Source: a virus (lineage: Duplodnaviria > Caudoviricetes). From it: a stretch of 26,077 nt of DNA. Shown here piece by piece: positions 24,429 through 26,077 of the stretch. Both the position numbers and the translations under genes were made by a program. The stretch is from positions 1 through 26,077 of IMG/VR virus record IMGVR_UViG_3300010376_001817; one strand, given 5' to 3'. Numbering within the stretch: position 1 is the first letter of the stretch; every line of letters begins with the position of its first letter. The notes below the pieces were generated by a model, which saw nothing but the letters and a program-made list of their open reading frames with translations, searched no databases and had not been told where the DNA came from.

Positions 24429-25198
24429 CCGCATCTGTCCAATCGATGCCGGGGGAGGTGCTTTCTCCCTCACAGGCCTCCACGTTCCTGGCGTGCTCCG
24501 CCAAATGGTGGTTCCGGTACGGCCTGGGTCTGCCCGATCCGCCGTCCGGCGGGCTGGTCCGCGGCAAAGCCGTCCATGCCGTCATCGAGCACGCTATGCG
24601 GGCGAAGATGGCGGGAGTGGTGCTCGAGACGGGCGCATGGAGCGATTACTGGGACGCCGCCTGGGACGAGGCCGCCGGCGGTGCGGAGTTCCAGGAATAC
24701 GACGATATCGAAGCTCTCAAGAGTTCCGGCGCCCGCCTGGCCGAGAAATACGTCACCGAAGCTCTGCCGGGGATCGAGCCCGCCCAAGTCGAGATTCCCG
24801 TCTCCGGCGCGATCGCCGGCGTCCCGGTGCGCGGAATTGCCGACATCGTGACCACGGACGGCGCGGTGATCGACATCAAGACCGCCAGCCGCAAGCCTTC
24901 GCACCTGGCCGCGGACCACGCGCTCCAGCTCGCGACCTATGCCCAGCTCGTGCCCGGCGCTTCCGGCGCGACGCGGATCGATACGCTGGTGAGCACCAGG
25001 GACACGCAACTGATACAGATCGACCATACGCCGGGCGACGCCGGCAGGCGCCTGGCCGAGCGGATCTACCCGCTGGTCGCCGAGGGCATCGCCGGCGGTT
25101 TGTATCTGCCGAACCGCGGCTCGAGCACGTGCAGCCGGCGGTATTGCGCGTTCGCCGAGGCGTGCGAGCGGGAATTCGGGGGCAGCGTCCCATGCTGA
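24425..25198 (+). CDS. PD-(D/E)XK nuclease (RecB/Cas4-like exonuclease)
   Basis: LSPSQ...C, G.AVH, GIAD, DIKT, QLATY, terminal C..YC....C (1+3 Cys, Fe-S-type). Confidence 0.92.
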   Translation: MTASVQSMPGEVLSPSQASTFLACSAKWWFRYGLGLPDPPSGGLVRGKAVHAVIEHAMRAKMAGVVLETGAWSDYWDAAWDEAAGGAEFQEYDDIEALKSSGARLAEKYVTEALPGIEPAQVEIPVSGAIAGVPVRGIADIVTTDGAVIDIKTASRKPSHLAADHALQLATYAQLVPGASGATRIDTLVSTRDTQLIQIDHTPGDAGRRLAERIYPLVAEGIAGGLYLPNRGSSTCSRRYCAFAEACEREFGGSVPC

Positions 25199-25449
25199 TA
25201 CTGGCTATTTTTCTGATTGCGATCGGCATCCTGCTGGGACGCAAGGCTGCGGCATGGCTCGCGATCATCATTGCGGTCATATACGGGCTCGCTCACAGCC
25301 CGGTGCTGTCGGCTATTTTCCTCGTGGTCGTCGTGGCTGTGGTTGCGTTCGTCTTTTCGGTTCTGGTGGACCACTACCGCTGGCTCAAAAGCAGCGAAGC
25401 TTACCGTGCCGCCTGGGAATCGGCGGTAGAGGACAAAGCAAAGTCTTGA
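25192..25449 (+). CDS. Small membrane protein
   Basis: MLILAIFLIAIGILLG...; about three hydrophobic segments. Confidence 0.7.
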   Translation: MLILAIFLIAIGILLGRKAAAWLAIIIAVIYGLAHSPVLSAIFLVVVVAVVAFVFSVLVDHYRWLKSSEAYRAAWESAVEDKAKS

Positions 25450-25455
25450 AAAACC

Positions 25456-25887
25456 ATGCTGATACTACTAGCTATTTTTCTCATCGCATTATTGGCCATT
25501 TGCCGCCCGCGTACGGCCGCCAGAGTGAACTGGCATCGCGGATTTTTCAGGTTGTGGCTGGTTGGTAGCGTGCTCTGGGTGTCTGCTGCGGGATTCGGCA
25601 TCTATCAAGAGTATTCCCGACATCAGCAGTGGGAGATTGCGCATACCGACTGGAAGCAGCGTCATGCCGCATGGGAGAAGACCCCTCCGACGCTCTATCA
25701 CTATGAGACACCGCCAGCTCCTGATGAAGCTCGGATCCTGGAATTCCAACCTCTAGAGCCCAAAGAGCCAGTCGAGCCCTATTGCGATAGTTCCCTGTAC
25801 TACGCCTTTTTTCTGGTTCCCGCAGGCAGTTACGCCATCTTGCGCACGCTGGTATGGATCCTGGGGGGCTTCAGGAACCAGCCATGA
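25456..25887 (+). CDS. Membrane protein
   Basis: NWHRGFFRLWLVGSVLW and C-terminal WILGGF hydrophobic segments. Confidence 0.75.
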   Translation: MLILLAIFLIALLAICRPRTAARVNWHRGFFRLWLVGSVLWVSAAGFGIYQEYSRHQQWEIAHTDWKQRHAAWEKTPPTLYHYETPPAPDEARILEFQPLEPKEPVEPYCDSSLYYAFFLVPAGSYAILRTLVWILGGFRNQP

Positions 25888-26077
25888 CATACCAATCGGA
25901 TCGGGTGATCGACACCACTGAAAAACGCGAACCCGAGATTCACCAGCCGCCGCTCATCCGCGACTTCGAAACGGTCGAGGATTACACCATGGCTCTGGTG
26001 GACTGGCGCCTCTCCCTGGCCGGTATCCGTGTCCAAGAACCACCAGACAAGAGTGCGGCTCTACCAGGCGGGGTTCC
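25884..26077 (+). CDS. Partial hypothetical protein (MTYQSDRVIDTTEKREPEIHQPP...)
   Basis: ATGA overlap with the preceding stop; open to the window edge. Confidence 0.55.
   Translation, partial: MTYQSDRVIDTTEKREPEIHQPPLIRDFETVEDYTMALVDWRLSLAGIRVQEPPDKSAALPGGV

Noticed and set aside
24425-25198. cas4 of a CRISPR-Cas system
   Set aside because: Stand-alone phage-type PD-(D/E)XK nuclease with no cas neighbours or array

Overview
GC-rich window made up entirely of temperate phage or phage-satellite-like DNA. The host is probably Acidobacteriota, inferred only from the style of the Uma2, excisionase-like and ligase genes. No host housekeeping genes are visible. Left to right: two probable virion ejection-type genes (1-2395), small regulators and a 34-bp perfect palindrome, a minimal ATP-dependent DNA ligase, and an attachment site. 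The attachment site is the 3' half of a tRNA-Met flanked on both sides by TTCTAGCAAA repeats, so it has attP-like geometry. Next come a tyrosine integrase and excisionase, a run of small unknown genes with paralogs, a ParB-like gene, an iteron-rich origin, and a primase-polymerase/DnaB-N/AAA fusion. These are followed by a second excisionase-like gene, a protein with a scaffold-like N-terminus, terL and two terS-like genes. The window ends with a divergent switch (operator repeats, KGG-type basic protein, Uma2) and a rightward early operon with a PD-(D/E)XK nuclease. No portal, capsid or tail gene follows terL, so this is either an unusual packaging-competent satellite or mosaic, or a rearranged or decaying prophage. 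All protein calls come from motif recognition by eye, not database searches.
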